Shown here piece after piece: positions 18,702 through 28,954 of a stretch of 64,000 nt of DNA. The first letter of the stretch is position 1; the number at the start of each line of letters is the position of its first letter. The notes beneath the pieces are model-generated. The model was given only the letters and a program-made list of their open reading frames with translations, was not told the origin of the DNA and made no database searches. Source of the DNA: Myxococcota bacterium (GTDB taxonomy: Bacteria > Myxococcota_A > SURF-8); the NCBI GenBank assembly GCA_965140415.1, contig OZ223209.1:800001-864000 (forward strand), in the 5' to 3' direction. The translations under genes and the position numbers were made by a program.

Positions 18702-20438
18702 TTACGGCAGAATGATTTCGAAGAAGCCGGATGCATCCGTCGATCCGGAACCGATCGATTCCGAACTGCTGCTGGCGGTGCGCACGACGAACACTTCCAT
18801 GTACACCCAAGGCACCGGATTGTTCTGCTCGTCCAGCACGACGCCTTCAAAGAGCTGCCCTTCTTGCAGGGTCTGTTCGATATTGGCGTTGGTGGAGGTC
18901 TGCACGTCCGAAACCGTCGCTCGCGCCAGGCCGGTATTGGGTGGAGGCAGGAAGGTCAGGTCATAGCTGCCTTCATCGATGGCCATTTCAAATACGCCTT
19001 CCGTGCTGGTGTAGGCGCTTTTCGTATATACGTTGGTGCTGTTTTCCGTCGGTTTCTTTTTAGCCTTCACTTCGACACCGGAAACGGCGCGGTGATCTTC
19101 ATCATACACTGTTCCCGAAAACACCAGTCGTTTCGGCAGTTCAAAGGCTGCCAACTGCTCGGAGCCGTCCGAAGTGCATTCGAGATCGAACAGGGTGACA
19201 TTGGATGCGTCGCTGTCCACCGGAGGCAGAATCGTGACCCGGTAGGCGTCCGAATCGTTTTCTGGATCAGTTAACAGCAGGCCGATTTCAAACTCGCCGT
19301 TTTCATCGGTCGTTACCATCTTGTCGAAGGTGCCTCCACCGATGCGATTGCTGAAAATCAGGCGCGCACTTGCCACCGGCTGATTGCTGTCGAAACCTTC
19401 TTTAACTACGCCGCGACGGATACAGGGCGGTTGTTCCGTATTGTAAATGAAAGAGTCGAATTGCAGCGCCAGTTCGCCGGAATCGTCCAGGCCACCCAAA
19501 TTGGTCACGCCATCGGCATCGACGCTGAATGCGTTACTGACGACGACTTCCGGTAAATACGGATTGGCCGAACTCGGACCGAAAATCACGTGATAGGTTC
19601 CCGGCCAGGTAGAGAGATAGATCGTGAAGCGGCCTTCTTCGTCGCTGGAAACGCCTTCGTTTGAAGAATCGGCGGAAACCGCAATGCTGGAACGTTTCCA
19701 GACCGAGGTGTCGTAAGCGGCGACTTTGACATTCGGCACCGGTTCGCCATCTGCCGTGGTCACGATGCCGGACAGCGGCAGCCCCTGTTCGAAGGTGTAG
19801 GTTTTGCGCGTATCTTCGGAAAAGGTGATGCCGTCGTGAATGACGATCGGCGGGGCCAGATAATCGGCTTTGGGATACACATACAGCGTGTAGAGCGTAT
19901 CCGGTAGAATGGAGAGTGCAAAAGATGCCACGCTGGCGGTGTCGTCCAGCGAATTGGTCGAGCCGGTGATTTTAGGTAGTGAATGCCCGGTGATCATTTG
20001 ATTCTGATCGGAGGGTGACAAGGTTAAGGTCGCTTCCGTAGCGCTTTCGTCGGGTAAACGCACTTCTCCGGTAAAGGAAATGGAAGGTTGCAGAACGAAA
20101 ACGCCGCTGAATTCTTTCAGGTTGATGCTGGCCCGCTGCTGCACAGGGAAACCGGACTCCGACGATGGCGTAAATTCCACCGCGACGGTTCCCTCTGCCG
20201 GGTCCGTTTGATAGTCGCCATCCGTCGAGTCGCCGTCGGACGTTTCGTCACCGTCCGATACCGAATCGTAGTTATCGCTGTCATCCGTTTCCAGGCAACC
20301 CCAGACCATAGCGATCACCAGAAACAGACTTCCCCATCGCAACAGTTGTTGCAGCGTGTGTTGGAATCTGGTTTTAGTAGGTCTCATCTTTTTTCTTTTC
20401 TCAATCCATTGATTATGTTCATCAAGCTGATGTTTCAT
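18702..20438 (-). CDS. Lipoprotein with several carboxypeptidase-regulatory-like beta-sandwich repeats
   Basis: Lipobox VWGC; repeated G.V...G.PV..V.V / TDENGEF / TDASGFF motifs. Confidence 0.75.
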   Translation of the reverse strand: MKHQLDEHNQWIEKRKKMRPTKTRFQHTLQQLLRWGSLFLVIAMVWGCLETDDSDNYDSVSDGDETSDGDSTDGDYQTDPAEGTVAVEFTPSSESGFPVQQRASINLKEFSGVFVLQPSISFTGEVRLPDESATEATLTLSPSDQNQMITGHSLPKITGSTNSLDDTASVASFALSILPDTLYTLYVYPKADYLAPPIVIHDGITFSEDTRKTYTFEQGLPLSGIVTTADGEPVPNVKVAAYDTSVWKRSSIAVSADSSNEGVSSDEEGRFTIYLSTWPGTYHVIFGPSSANPYLPEVVVSNAFSVDADGVTNLGGLDDSGELALQFDSFIYNTEQPPCIRRGVVKEGFDSNQPVASARLIFSNRIGGGTFDKMVTTDENGEFEIGLLLTDPENDSDAYRVTILPPVDSDASNVTLFDLECTSDGSEQLAAFELPKRLVFSGTVYDEDHRAVSGVEVKAKKKPTENSTNVYTKSAYTSTEGVFEMAIDEGSYDLTFLPPPNTGLARATVSDVQTSTNANIEQTLQEGQLFEGVVLDEQNNPVPWVYMEVFVVRTASSSSESIGSGSTDASGFFEIILP

Positions 20439-21020
20439 TTAGTCACGCAATCTCAAGGTCTGTATTTCTTCCGTATCCTCCGTATCGCAGTAGCCGGTTT
20501 CTTCGCTGAACTGGATCAGCCAGGAACGTTGGTCGGTGCTTGCTCCCGAAACCGGAGTGCGGTCCTTCTCTCCGACGTCGCTGGCTTCAAAGCCCAAATC
20601 CGAAACGTATACTTCCAAATAGCGGCTTTCCACATCTGCCGACAAGGCCAGCGGGTCGATGGTCAACTGGTATTCTTTCTGACCATCCTTCAAGGGGGAA
20701 CTCGCTTCGACGCTCTTATCGCGGTAATAGTCGAGATACCAGCGGATCTCGAAACTGAACTTGCGGGTGACATCTTCATCATCGGGCAATTCGGCCAGGA
20801 TGATGCGGAATGTCGCCTGGCGGCAGTCGGATTTCACAACGATCACCCCCGTTGAAGGAGTGGTGCTGACGATATCGGTTTGATAGATGAAGCCGGTGCC
20901 GTCGCCATCGTCGTCCATGTCCGCCGGGGGCCGCTCGTTGATGTCCGCCGGTAACACGCAGCCGGAAAGAAGCCCTAGGGCCATGACAAGCGTGACTGTA
21001 ATTTCAAAGACCGCTCCCAT
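20439..21020 (-). CDS. Hypothetical lipoprotein (start uncertain)
   Basis: Lipobox LSGC after a hydrophobic stretch; its stop abuts the next ATG; ORF track extends to 21101. Confidence 0.7.
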   Translation of the reverse strand: MGAVFEITVTLVMALGLLSGCVLPADINERPPADMDDDGDGTGFIYQTDIVSTTPSTGVIVVKSDCRQATFRIILAELPDDEDVTRKFSFEIRWYLDYYRDKSVEASSPLKDGQKEYQLTIDPLALSADVESRYLEVYVSDLGFEASDVGEKDRTPVSGASTDQRSWLIQFSEETGYCDTEDTEEIQTLRLRD

Positions 21021-21026
21021 AATTCC

Positions 21027-21042
21027 TGCAAAGACAGTGCCA
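21027..21042 (-). promoter_or_regulatory. Candidate sigma-54 (-24/-12) promoter
   Basis: Minus strand reads TGGCAC-TGTCT-TTGCA, an exact TGGCAC-N5-TTGCW match about 100 bp downstream of a sigma-54 activator gene. Confidence 0.55.
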
Positions 21043-21146
21043 GGATGGCTGCAATGGCAACCTCCTGTAATTGCACTGTTATTGTGTTTTGCAAGTTTCA
21101 TGGACTATGATATCCTATTCAGTACTATGACATTACTGCCGCAGTT

Positions 21147-22931
21147 TTAGTCCGACATCTTCTCCAGATAGCGGAAAATCGTGCGGGGATCGACATCCAG
21201 CATCTGCGCGGTCTTGGTGCGATTTCCGTTATTACGCTTCAACGCTTCCTGAATGTACTCCATCTGAAATTCTTCCCGCGCAATCGCCAGCGGTTTAATC
21301 GGTGCAATCTGATGCGCTTTCAAGTCGAGATCGTCCGGTTCGATGACGTTTTTCTCGGCCATGATCACCGCTTTTTTAATACGATTTTCTAATTCCCGCA
21401 CGTTGCCCGGCCAGGCGTGACGATTGATCGACTCCAGCGCACGGGGTGAGAAGCCCTTGATTTTCCTGTCATATTCCGCAATATAGCGATTCAGGAAGAA
21501 CTTGGCGATTAACGTCATGTCTTCTTCGCGGTCGCGTAGCGGCGGCAGCCAGATCGTGATGACGTTTAACCGGTAAAAAAGATCTTCGCGGAACTTGCCT
21601 TCCTGGATGGCTTTATCCAGCGGTTTGTTGGTTGCGGCGATCACGCGGATGTCCACCTCTTCAAGCTTGGTGTCACCCACCGGAGCGATTTTTCGCTCTT
21701 CCAGCGCGCGCAGGATTTTCACCTGTAACTCCATGGGCATATCGCCGATTTCATCCAGGAACAAGGTGCCGCCATTGGCGACCTTGAATTTGCCTGGTTT
21801 GTTGGCGATGGCACCGGTAAAGGCACCGCGCACATGGCCGAACAATTCACTTTCCAACAGTTCGTGCGGAATCGCGCCGCAGTTGATGACGACGAAGGGC
21901 CCGCTTTTGCGTAACGACTTGTTATGGATTTCGCGGGCGACCAGTTCCTTGCCGGTGCCGGTTTCTCCCTGGATCAGTACCGGAATGTCGATGTTGGTGA
22001 CTTTGTCGATTTTACTGAAAACGCTGCGCATCGCTTCGCTGGAACCAATCATCGAGCCGTAACGCATCTGCGCGATTTTCTCCTGTAACTCCTGCCGGTC
22101 CAGTTGCAGTTCGTTGATCAATAAGGCGTTTTGAATCAGCAGGCTGGCCTGCGAGGAGAAGAGCTCTAAAAGTTGCAGCTTATCTTGCGTGAACAGGTTG
22201 ATGACGTTGTTGTTTCCAACGTAAATGATACCCAGTAAATTGCCGCGCGCGATCAGCGGGACGCACATCACCGAACTGAGTTTCAGATTCAGCACCGAAG
22301 CGGAAGAGCCGAACTCGTCGTCGTTCAACGCATCGGAAACGATCAGCGGGCGCTTGGTCTGAATCACTCGCGAAATCACACTGTCCGACACATAACTGAT
22401 GGCGTTATTGATGGTTTCCTGGTTCAGGTTGCGTGCCACGGTGAAATCCAGTTTCTGATCTTCGCGCCGCAGGATTAAAAAGCCGTTGTCGGCATGAGTG
22501 ACTTCGATCACGAGATCGATGAGCTGGTTTAACAGATCTTCGATGTTGTAATTGCTCATCAGGTTTTCGGTAAACTCGTAGAGCTTGCGATAGGAGTTCA
22601 ACTCCGTTTGCAGGGTGTCCTTTTCGCCGCCGGAAAAATTGTCGAAGAGATTGAACGTGAAATTGACATCTCCCAGCGCCACTACATCTTTATGGGTGAG
22701 CGCGTAGGTTTTTTCCCGCTTGCCGTTTACGAGCACCACGTTTTTCTTGCCCACCCCCGAAATCGAATACTGCTTGCCGTCGAAAACGATGTAGGCATGG
22801 TTGGAATCCACCGAGGAGTCGGGAATCTGCACGTCGTTGGTGTTGTCCCGGCCAATGGTGGTGATTTTCTTGAACAGCCGAACGTTTTTCGGTCCGTTGG
22901 CGACATGATTGATAAACTGGATACTCGGCAT
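21147..22931 (-). CDS. FHA-GAF-sigma54 enhancer-binding protein with a Fis-type HTH
   Basis: FHA (IGRD...VDSNHA), GAF (SVMCVPL), GETGTGKE, ESELFGH, GAFTGA, LFLDEIG, WPGNVRELEN, C-terminal HTH. Confidence 0.95.
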   Translation of the reverse strand: MPSIQFINHVANGPKNVRLFKKITTIGRDNTNDVQIPDSSVDSNHAYIVFDGKQYSISGVGKKNVVLVNGKREKTYALTHKDVVALGDVNFTFNLFDNFSGGEKDTLQTELNSYRKLYEFTENLMSNYNIEDLLNQLIDLVIEVTHADNGFLILRREDQKLDFTVARNLNQETINNAISYVSDSVISRVIQTKRPLIVSDALNDDEFGSSASVLNLKLSSVMCVPLIARGNLLGIIYVGNNNVINLFTQDKLQLLELFSSQASLLIQNALLINELQLDRQELQEKIAQMRYGSMIGSSEAMRSVFSKIDKVTNIDIPVLIQGETGTGKELVAREIHNKSLRKSGPFVVINCGAIPHELLESELFGHVRGAFTGAIANKPGKFKVANGGTLFLDEIGDMPMELQVKILRALEERKIAPVGDTKLEEVDIRVIAATNKPLDKAIQEGKFREDLFYRLNVITIWLPPLRDREEDMTLIAKFFLNRYIAEYDRKIKGFSPRALESINRHAWPGNVRELENRIKKAVIMAEKNVIEPDDLDLKAHQIAPIKPLAIAREEFQMEYIQEALKRNNGNRTKTAQMLDVDPRTIFRYLEKMSD

Positions 22932-22976
22932 GGTCTGATACGCTCCCCGGCTATGGGTTAATAGCCCTTGTTCCGC

Positions 22977-24077
22977 CTAAAACAGCAATTGTGCGGCTTC
23001 TTCCTTTTCTTTCTCTATCGGTTCTCCTTCCGGTTGGGGAAGGCTCTCGTCTTTCAATGGTTCCGTTTCGATCGGAACGTCCACATACTCCCGGTGGTTG
23101 AGCACGGCATCGACGATGCCACCTACAGCCAATACCGTCAGCGCACCCAAAGCCGTGTATTGCACGATGCGCCACTCGCGCGCCATTTTGGCATTGTCCG
23201 ACGAATACAGGCCGTCATCGCCCTTCAGGCTGTCTGACACGAAATAGCTCGCCACATTCAATCCCAACAGCACAACTTCACCGGTTAGAAACAGGGTGCC
23301 TTTAACCGCTTCACCATTTTGATATTGACCCGCGCCGAAAGGAATGAAATTCACGAAGTAGGGGTTGTACTTGCGCACGACATCGACCCGTTCTTCCTCC
23401 GGCTTTTCTTCCTTCGCCTTAAGTCGTTCCGCCCGGATGGCATCGAGCATTTCCTTGTGTTCGCTGCGGATGCTCTCGAACGTATCGATGATGATCGGTG
23501 GCACGTAGAGCGGATCGAGTTGCTCGTCCGGATTCAATGTCAGTAAAATTAAAAAGTTTTCACGCGCCTTTTTTCGATCCTGCAAAATAAACGAGCCGAT
23601 ACCCAACAGCCTGCGAACGGTCGGAAGTTGCTCTTCGTTGAATTTATTCGCTTCCAGTCCGGCTTCCAGAATCTGACTCATCGACGGATAGTCGCCGTAT
23701 TCGAACAGGTTCTGCGCCCGTTCCAATAACTCCGTTCCGTTGGCGTCGGGTTCCAGCACTTCCGGCTGTTGTTCTTTCGTTTCCTCGGTGTCGGCTGCAG
23801 GCGGCGCTTCCTCAACTTCGGGTGGTTGCTCTTCTGCTTCGGGTGATGCCGTCGCATTCTCCGGTTCCGTTGGGTTGGCTGCTTGTTCGGCTTTAGAAGG
23901 GGAGACTTCCACCGCCTGTGGTTCTTGCTGCTGCATTTCTTCCGCGCGCAGTTCTCCCAGAATGAAGCAAGACAAGCTCAGGCAGAGTAACCCAAGGACA
24001 GTATGGCGCAGCACAAAACACCACGCCATTCCGTGATGCTTCTTCCCCTTCAATTGTTGCGCCCTGTTCGGTTTCAT
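22977..24077 (-). CDS. Secreted/membrane TPR-like protein
   Basis: Signal peptide, Glu/Pro/Ala linker, TPR-like helices (ARENFLILLTLNPD), FIPFGAGQYQNG and two hydrophobic segments. Confidence 0.7.
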   Translation of the reverse strand: MKPNRAQQLKGKKHHGMAWCFVLRHTVLGLLCLSLSCFILGELRAEEMQQQEPQAVEVSPSKAEQAANPTEPENATASPEAEEQPPEVEEAPPAADTEETKEQQPEVLEPDANGTELLERAQNLFEYGDYPSMSQILEAGLEANKFNEEQLPTVRRLLGIGSFILQDRKKARENFLILLTLNPDEQLDPLYVPPIIIDTFESIRSEHKEMLDAIRAERLKAKEEKPEEERVDVVRKYNPYFVNFIPFGAGQYQNGEAVKGTLFLTGEVVLLGLNVASYFVSDSLKGDDGLYSSDNAKMAREWRIVQYTALGALTVLAVGGIVDAVLNHREYVDVPIETEPLKDESLPQPEGEPIEKEKEEAAQLLF

Positions 24078-24080
24078 CCC

Positions 24081-25931
24081 TTATTTCTTTTTCAGCTTCA
24101 CGCTCAGATCCCGCGTTTCACCGGCCTGCAATTTCACACGCTGGTTCTGCGGTTCGTAGCCTTCCTTGGTCAGGCTCAGTAACACTTCCTTGCTCGAAAC
24201 GTGTTCATCCCAGTTGACCATAAGCGGTTTCTTTAACGGTGCCCGCCCCCGGAACTTGCCATCGACGAAAATCATGGTGCCTTCGTCTGTGTTCAATTCC
24301 ATAAAGGCCGGTTTGATGCGCAGTCGACGACGGATCATGATCTGCTGATTCGCCTTTTCCACTCGCACGGTTTCCGAATACGGTTCGCAGTTCGGATTGA
24401 TCAGGCGTACGACGTGCTCGCCTGCCTTCAAAGAAAAGGTATCGTTGGCGTTTAGCGGATAGTTGCCCACCAGTTTGTCGTCGATGTAAATATCCGCCCA
24501 CGGTGCAGTCACGACTTTCAACGATCCGGTGAAATTGCCTAACGGCTTTACGGCTTTTTGGACTACGTTTGAACTTCGCTGCGCCTGTTTTCCCGGTTTG
24601 AGCCGTTCCAGTTTGGCGGGAGTCAGTTTTTTTACGGGAGATTCTCCGGCTTGAAGACCCGGCTTGATGCGCCCGGCTTTGGCTAGCGTGCGCTGCGGTA
24701 CAGTCGGCTCTTTCGCAATCTCTTCCGTTTGCTCATCCGGGTAGGAGGCCATCGGCAACGCGGGCGCTTCGATATCCAATCCCGGTACCGTCGCTTGCGG
24801 CAGCGAGTGAACTCCCCAGCGTCCCAAAGTCGCAATGAATACCAGAATCGCTCCCGCCAGGATCCAGCGCTTGACGCGTTCCTGGCGCTGTTGCCGAGAA
24901 AGGATCAGCTCGATCTGTCGGGTTGCTTCGGCGTGATCGGGACGATAGGCCAGCAGGCGGTTGTAGATCTGCATGGCCAGTGCCGGTTTGCGTTTGAGGT
25001 ATCTTGCGGCTTGCCGCTCCAACGATTCCACCAGGTTTTCCGTGAATTGCTTGAGGTACTGTTCCGGTTTCTGAAACAGCTTGTGGACTTCCTGGGTCGG
25101 GTTGTCGATTCCGGTTCTCTGAATCACGCGATCCAGATCCTGCAACAGTTCCTGAACGGACTGATACCTGTCCGCCGGATCGACCTGCAACAGCCGGTTC
25201 AGGATGGCGTCGAACTCATTGGAAACCGTGGGATTGAGTTCCTGTGCCGGAATGTAGTCGCCTTCCACGATTTTCTTTAAAAACTCGTGCGGGTTGCGCC
25301 CCGCAAAGGGAAGTTCCCCGGTGGTCAGAAAATACAGGATGCCACCCAAAGAGAACAGATCGGAGCGGAAATCGATATCCTTACCGCCGACATGCTCCGG
25401 CGACATGAAAGCCGGGCTGCCCAGAATCGAGCCGGTCATGGTCATCGTCGCGCCTTCGATGGCGCGGGCGATGCCGAAATCCATCAGCTTGATCTTGCCG
25501 TCCTGACGGATCATCACGTTTTCCGGTTTCAGATCCCGGTGGACGATGCCCTGCTGGTGCGCGTGATCCAGCGCCAGGCACAGTTCCCGCGATACGCAGG
25601 CGACTAACTCGCAGGGGAGGTTGTCGTGTCGGTCGAGAAAAGCGGCCAGCGTCATGCCGTCGATCAGTTCCGTAACGATGTAGCGGTAGGCGCTGTTCTC
25701 GCCGGAGTAATCGTAAATTTCAATGATGTTGGGGTGATGCAGCTTGGCGACCGTGACGGCTTCGCGCTGAAAGCGTTTGACCGCTTCTTCCTGGCGCATC
25801 AAATGAGGATGCAGGATTTTCAGCGCCACCTGGCGCTTTAGGCGCGTATCCAGGGCGCTATAAACCACCGCCATTCCACCCTGGCCGATTTCCCGCTCGA
25901 TTTTGTACTTCTCTACGGTCTGCCCGATCAT
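24081..25931 (-). CDS. Hanks-type Ser/Thr kinase with a TM segment and PEGA domains
   Basis: IGQGGMAVVY, VALK, HRDLKPEN, DFGIAR, GSPAFMSPE, a TM helix, PWADIYIDDK and IFVDGK PEGA motifs. Confidence 0.95.
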   Translation of the reverse strand: MIGQTVEKYKIEREIGQGGMAVVYSALDTRLKRQVALKILHPHLMRQEEAVKRFQREAVTVAKLHHPNIIEIYDYSGENSAYRYIVTELIDGMTLAAFLDRHDNLPCELVACVSRELCLALDHAHQQGIVHRDLKPENVMIRQDGKIKLMDFGIARAIEGATMTMTGSILGSPAFMSPEHVGGKDIDFRSDLFSLGGILYFLTTGELPFAGRNPHEFLKKIVEGDYIPAQELNPTVSNEFDAILNRLLQVDPADRYQSVQELLQDLDRVIQRTGIDNPTQEVHKLFQKPEQYLKQFTENLVESLERQAARYLKRKPALAMQIYNRLLAYRPDHAEATRQIELILSRQQRQERVKRWILAGAILVFIATLGRWGVHSLPQATVPGLDIEAPALPMASYPDEQTEEIAKEPTVPQRTLAKAGRIKPGLQAGESPVKKLTPAKLERLKPGKQAQRSSNVVQKAVKPLGNFTGSLKVVTAPWADIYIDDKLVGNYPLNANDTFSLKAGEHVVRLINPNCEPYSETVRVEKANQQIMIRRRLRIKPAFMELNTDEGTMIFVDGKFRGRAPLKKPLMVNWDEHVSSKEVLLSLTKEGYEPQNQRVKLQAGETRDLSVKLKKK

Positions 25932-26114
25932 GTCGGATGGCGGTCCTTGCTGAAAATAATGTCTTACCTACAGCTAATAACCATAATTCAAGCCGTCGAA
26001 AAAGTAAAGATTATCCAAAGGGATTTTCAACAGGGTGACATTCCTGTCATGTTCTGACAGTTTGTATTATCCCTTTCAGGCGATTGTTCTTAGAAGAAAG
26101 ATGCTAGGATGATA

Positions 26115-26142
26115 ATGCCCCCGGGCGGCCGCCCGGGGGCAT
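26115..26142. repeat. Perfect 28-bp GC-rich palindrome
   Basis: ATGCCCCCGGGCGG followed directly by its reverse complement CCGCCCGGGGGCAT. Confidence 0.9.
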
Positions 26143-26205
26143 AGGACGGCGAGATCGTTCCGACCTTGGGCCTTGTGAGCCCGTTCTGTAGCTACGAAAC
26201 TTTTT

Positions 26206-26271
26206 GTAGCGGCGGAACGTGAGCCCGCCGTTTTCAAGGTGTTTTTCGGCGGGTATATGCCTTGCCGCTAC
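26206..26271. repeat. GTAG-class REP doublet
   Basis: GTAGcggcggaacgtgagcccgccg ... cggcgggtatatgccttgccgCTAC. Confidence 0.7.
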
Positions 26272-26433
26272 AAGAAGGCATCACAAACAATGAGTAGCAA
26301 CTCTTCTAATGAACTTGTAGTAAGTCAATTTTACTTGTTGTAAAAACAAATAAATCTAAAATAATACTTGCAACATGGATTTGATAAATTACTATGAAGT
26401 ACATAGGATGTGAAAATGATGAGAGGACGTACC

Positions 26434-27114
26434 ATGAAAACACAAAAGATATTGGCTTTTGTCGCGCTGCTGTTTGCGTTTTCTGCGAGCGCTCATGCCA
26501 GTTTGGGCGATCCCTTCGGCGATCCCTGCCAAACGGATGACGACTGCCCGGTTTACGGCATGCTCTGCTGCACTTCGGCGGAGGATTGCGGCGATTTGGT
26601 AAATACCTGTGTCCGGTGCCAAACCAATGACGATTGTAAGTACAATTATAAGTGTTATGATGGAATGTGCTTGTATCCTTGTCTAGATGTTCAAGAGTGT
26701 CCTTACTATTCACTAAATACAGTCTGCCAGGATGGATTGTGCATGGAATGCCAGCAGGATTCCGATTGCCCTGGGCATGAAGTTTGTGTGATGCATACCT
26801 GCCGCTCCTGCCGAGAGGATTCCGACTGCCCGCTCCAGGAAGATTACGCGCCGGAGGATATTTACTGTGAGGCTTATTATTGTAAGGGAGGAGCCGAACT
26901 TACCGATGGCGATTCTGTTGCTACGACAGACGGCGATTCTGCAATCGATGGAGATTCGCAGCAGGACGGCGATGGCGAAGAGGAAACAACGGATGGCGAT
27001 CAGGCGACCAATGACGAAGATGGTGATGACGATGGCTGTTCCACAGGCGGCGGAGCTTCCGCACTTGGGTTGCTGTTGCTTCTTCCATGGTTGCGGCGGC
27101 GGCTGAGAAACTGA
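26434..27114 (+). CDS. Secreted Cys-rich repeat protein with a DGD linker and MYXO-CTERM-type sorting signal
   Basis: Signal peptide ending AHA, C.xDxDC repeats, DGDS repeats, C-terminal GCSTGGGASALGLLLLLPWLRRR. Confidence 0.85.
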   Translation: MKTQKILAFVALLFAFSASAHASLGDPFGDPCQTDDDCPVYGMLCCTSAEDCGDLVNTCVRCQTNDDCKYNYKCYDGMCLYPCLDVQECPYYSLNTVCQDGLCMECQQDSDCPGHEVCVMHTCRSCREDSDCPLQEDYAPEDIYCEAYYCKGGAELTDGDSVATTDGDSAIDGDSQQDGDGEEETTDGDQATNDEDGDDDGCSTGGGASALGLLLLLPWLRRRLRN

Positions 27115-27135
27115 TCGAACGGGTTGCTTATGCAT

Positions 27136-27162
27136 GGTTTCCCGGAGAAAATCCGGGAGACC
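27136..27162. terminator. Hairpin between convergent genes, probable terminator
   Basis: ggtttcccgga-gaaaa-tccgggagacc. Confidence 0.55.
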
Positions 27163-27174
27163 GGCTTTGAATTC

Positions 27175-28887
27175 CTACTTGGGTTCGTTCAGCGGACTCG
27201 GTAAGATGGGGCTGCGGCTCTTGTTTTCCCGCTTGCGCTGAATTTCCAGTTCTTCCACCAACACCGCCGGGCTGACCGTCGATACCGGCACGTAGCCCGA
27301 TTCCGCACCGCAGAATCCGTTGAACACTTCCATTTTCTTACCGGTCAACACGATCTTATTAATGGAAGTCAAAGGCGTGCCTACCAGTTCCACTCCGCGC
27401 ACCAGTTCCTCGCGTCCGTCTGGGAAGATGCGGCGCACGACATGCGGCACCACCTTGAAAGCCTGATAGCCATAGGATGAGGTGTTGGTCTGGCCGCCTT
27501 CCATGTCTTCGATCAACAGCCCGTACGGTTTACCCTGCTTGACAACCAACTCGATCAGCTTGCGCTTTAGCTCTGCGTCGTCGGTTTGGCGATCCGATTG
27601 CAGCAGCAGGTTGCTCATACGCGACATCGGTTTCTGAGTGCCGGAGGAGCGCCCGTGTCCGTTGGAAAGCGGGAAGCCTTCGATCGGGCTGCGGCTCATC
27701 AGCAGGTTCGTCAAAGTTCCTTTGTCGATCAGAGTTACCTTTTGTGCTGCAACGCCTTCCTCGTCGTAGGCATATTTCCCGGCCAGGAAGTGGTTGTTGT
27801 AATAGCCGATGGTCGGATCGTCGATCAGGTTCAGAAATTCGGGTAGGATGCGGCTGCCGACCTGTCCTTTAAAGGTGTGTCCTTCTTCATCGCTGCGCAT
27901 GCGTTCGCCCTCCAGCCGATGTCCGATGGCTTCGTGGAAGAGCACCCCGGTGGCCTGCGGCGACAGAATGGCCGGGCCGGTGTAGGGGTCCAGTAACGGC
28001 GCATGGCGTAACTGGAGCAACTCGCCGATCATCTCGTTGATTTTCGTCTTCATCTCGTTGAACGAGGGCATCCCCTGCTGATCGGGTCCGTAAAAGGCCC
28101 GATTGCCCAACAGGACCATGTCGTCTTCGGCGCGGGTTTCGGCATTGACCGACAGCGAATACAAGACCGTTTCATCCACGATGCGGCTGCCTTCGGTGTT
28201 GACGTAATAGCGAACCTGCTTTTCCGCCGTCAAACGCAGTTCCGATTGCAGAATTTCGGGATGCGCCAGAAACAGGCGGCTCAGTTTCACCAGTCGTTCT
28301 TTCCACAACGACATATCCGGCTTGAACGGAATTTTAGCTCCGGTAAAAATTGCTGGTGCTTGTTTGGAAAAACTGCCGACTTTCTCATTCGGTTTCAAGT
28401 ACACCGCTTTGCTTTTTTTCTGCTGGTACTGCGCCAGCGCTTCTTTGTAGCTGGAATCGGTCAGCAGCCAAAGGGTGTTGCGCAAGGCGGCCAGGTTGCC
28501 GTCGATGGGAGCCTGCTGCGAGATCGGTGCGCCTTCATCCAGATTGATTCCGTATAGCGGATCGAGTTCGCCGGTGTTGTCGAATTGGTAATCGCCCACG
28601 CGGACTTCAACATACAATTCCGCACTCGGAGTATGTTTGGTGCGATACAGCGAGCCGTATTTCACGAGTAGGCTGTAGGTGTCGTAGGTCTTCATCTGGT
28701 AGCTGATGAAGTACGGCGTTTCGAAATCGTCCAGTTTCAGTTTCTGTTGCGAACGCTCCAACTCGGTCTGCATCGCCCGCAGGGAGGATTGGCGGGCATC
28801 CTGTTTGGCAGCCAGTGACACAGGTGCGAGGAAAACGAGCAGTGCGAATAACGCAAATACGTTGAAACGGCAGGAGCTTTGTTTCAT
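27175..28887 (-). CDS. TldD/PmbA-family metallopeptidase with a signal peptide
   Basis: LFHEAIGHRLEG, YDEEGV, SNGHGR, RMSNL, C-terminal FCGAESG; N-terminal signal peptide. Confidence 0.85.
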   Translation of the reverse strand: MKQSSCRFNVFALFALLVFLAPVSLAAKQDARQSSLRAMQTELERSQQKLKLDDFETPYFISYQMKTYDTYSLLVKYGSLYRTKHTPSAELYVEVRVGDYQFDNTGELDPLYGINLDEGAPISQQAPIDGNLAALRNTLWLLTDSSYKEALAQYQQKKSKAVYLKPNEKVGSFSKQAPAIFTGAKIPFKPDMSLWKERLVKLSRLFLAHPEILQSELRLTAEKQVRYYVNTEGSRIVDETVLYSLSVNAETRAEDDMVLLGNRAFYGPDQQGMPSFNEMKTKINEMIGELLQLRHAPLLDPYTGPAILSPQATGVLFHEAIGHRLEGERMRSDEEGHTFKGQVGSRILPEFLNLIDDPTIGYYNNHFLAGKYAYDEEGVAAQKVTLIDKGTLTNLLMSRSPIEGFPLSNGHGRSSGTQKPMSRMSNLLLQSDRQTDDAELKRKLIELVVKQGKPYGLLIEDMEGGQTNTSSYGYQAFKVVPHVVRRIFPDGREELVRGVELVGTPLTSINKIVLTGKKMEVFNGFCGAESGYVPVSTVSPAVLVEELEIQRKRENKSRSPILPSPLNEPK

Positions 28888-28954
28888 ACCAACCTCTTCT
28901 GGCAAGGGAAAGTCAATGTCGGACAGGAAAGCAAACAGTCGGATCGCCAGGGAA

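Noticed and set aside
18620-18850. N-terminal extension of the DUF1566 ORF to 18850
   Set aside because: It overlaps the upstream gene; the RBS and signal peptide support a TTG start at 18619
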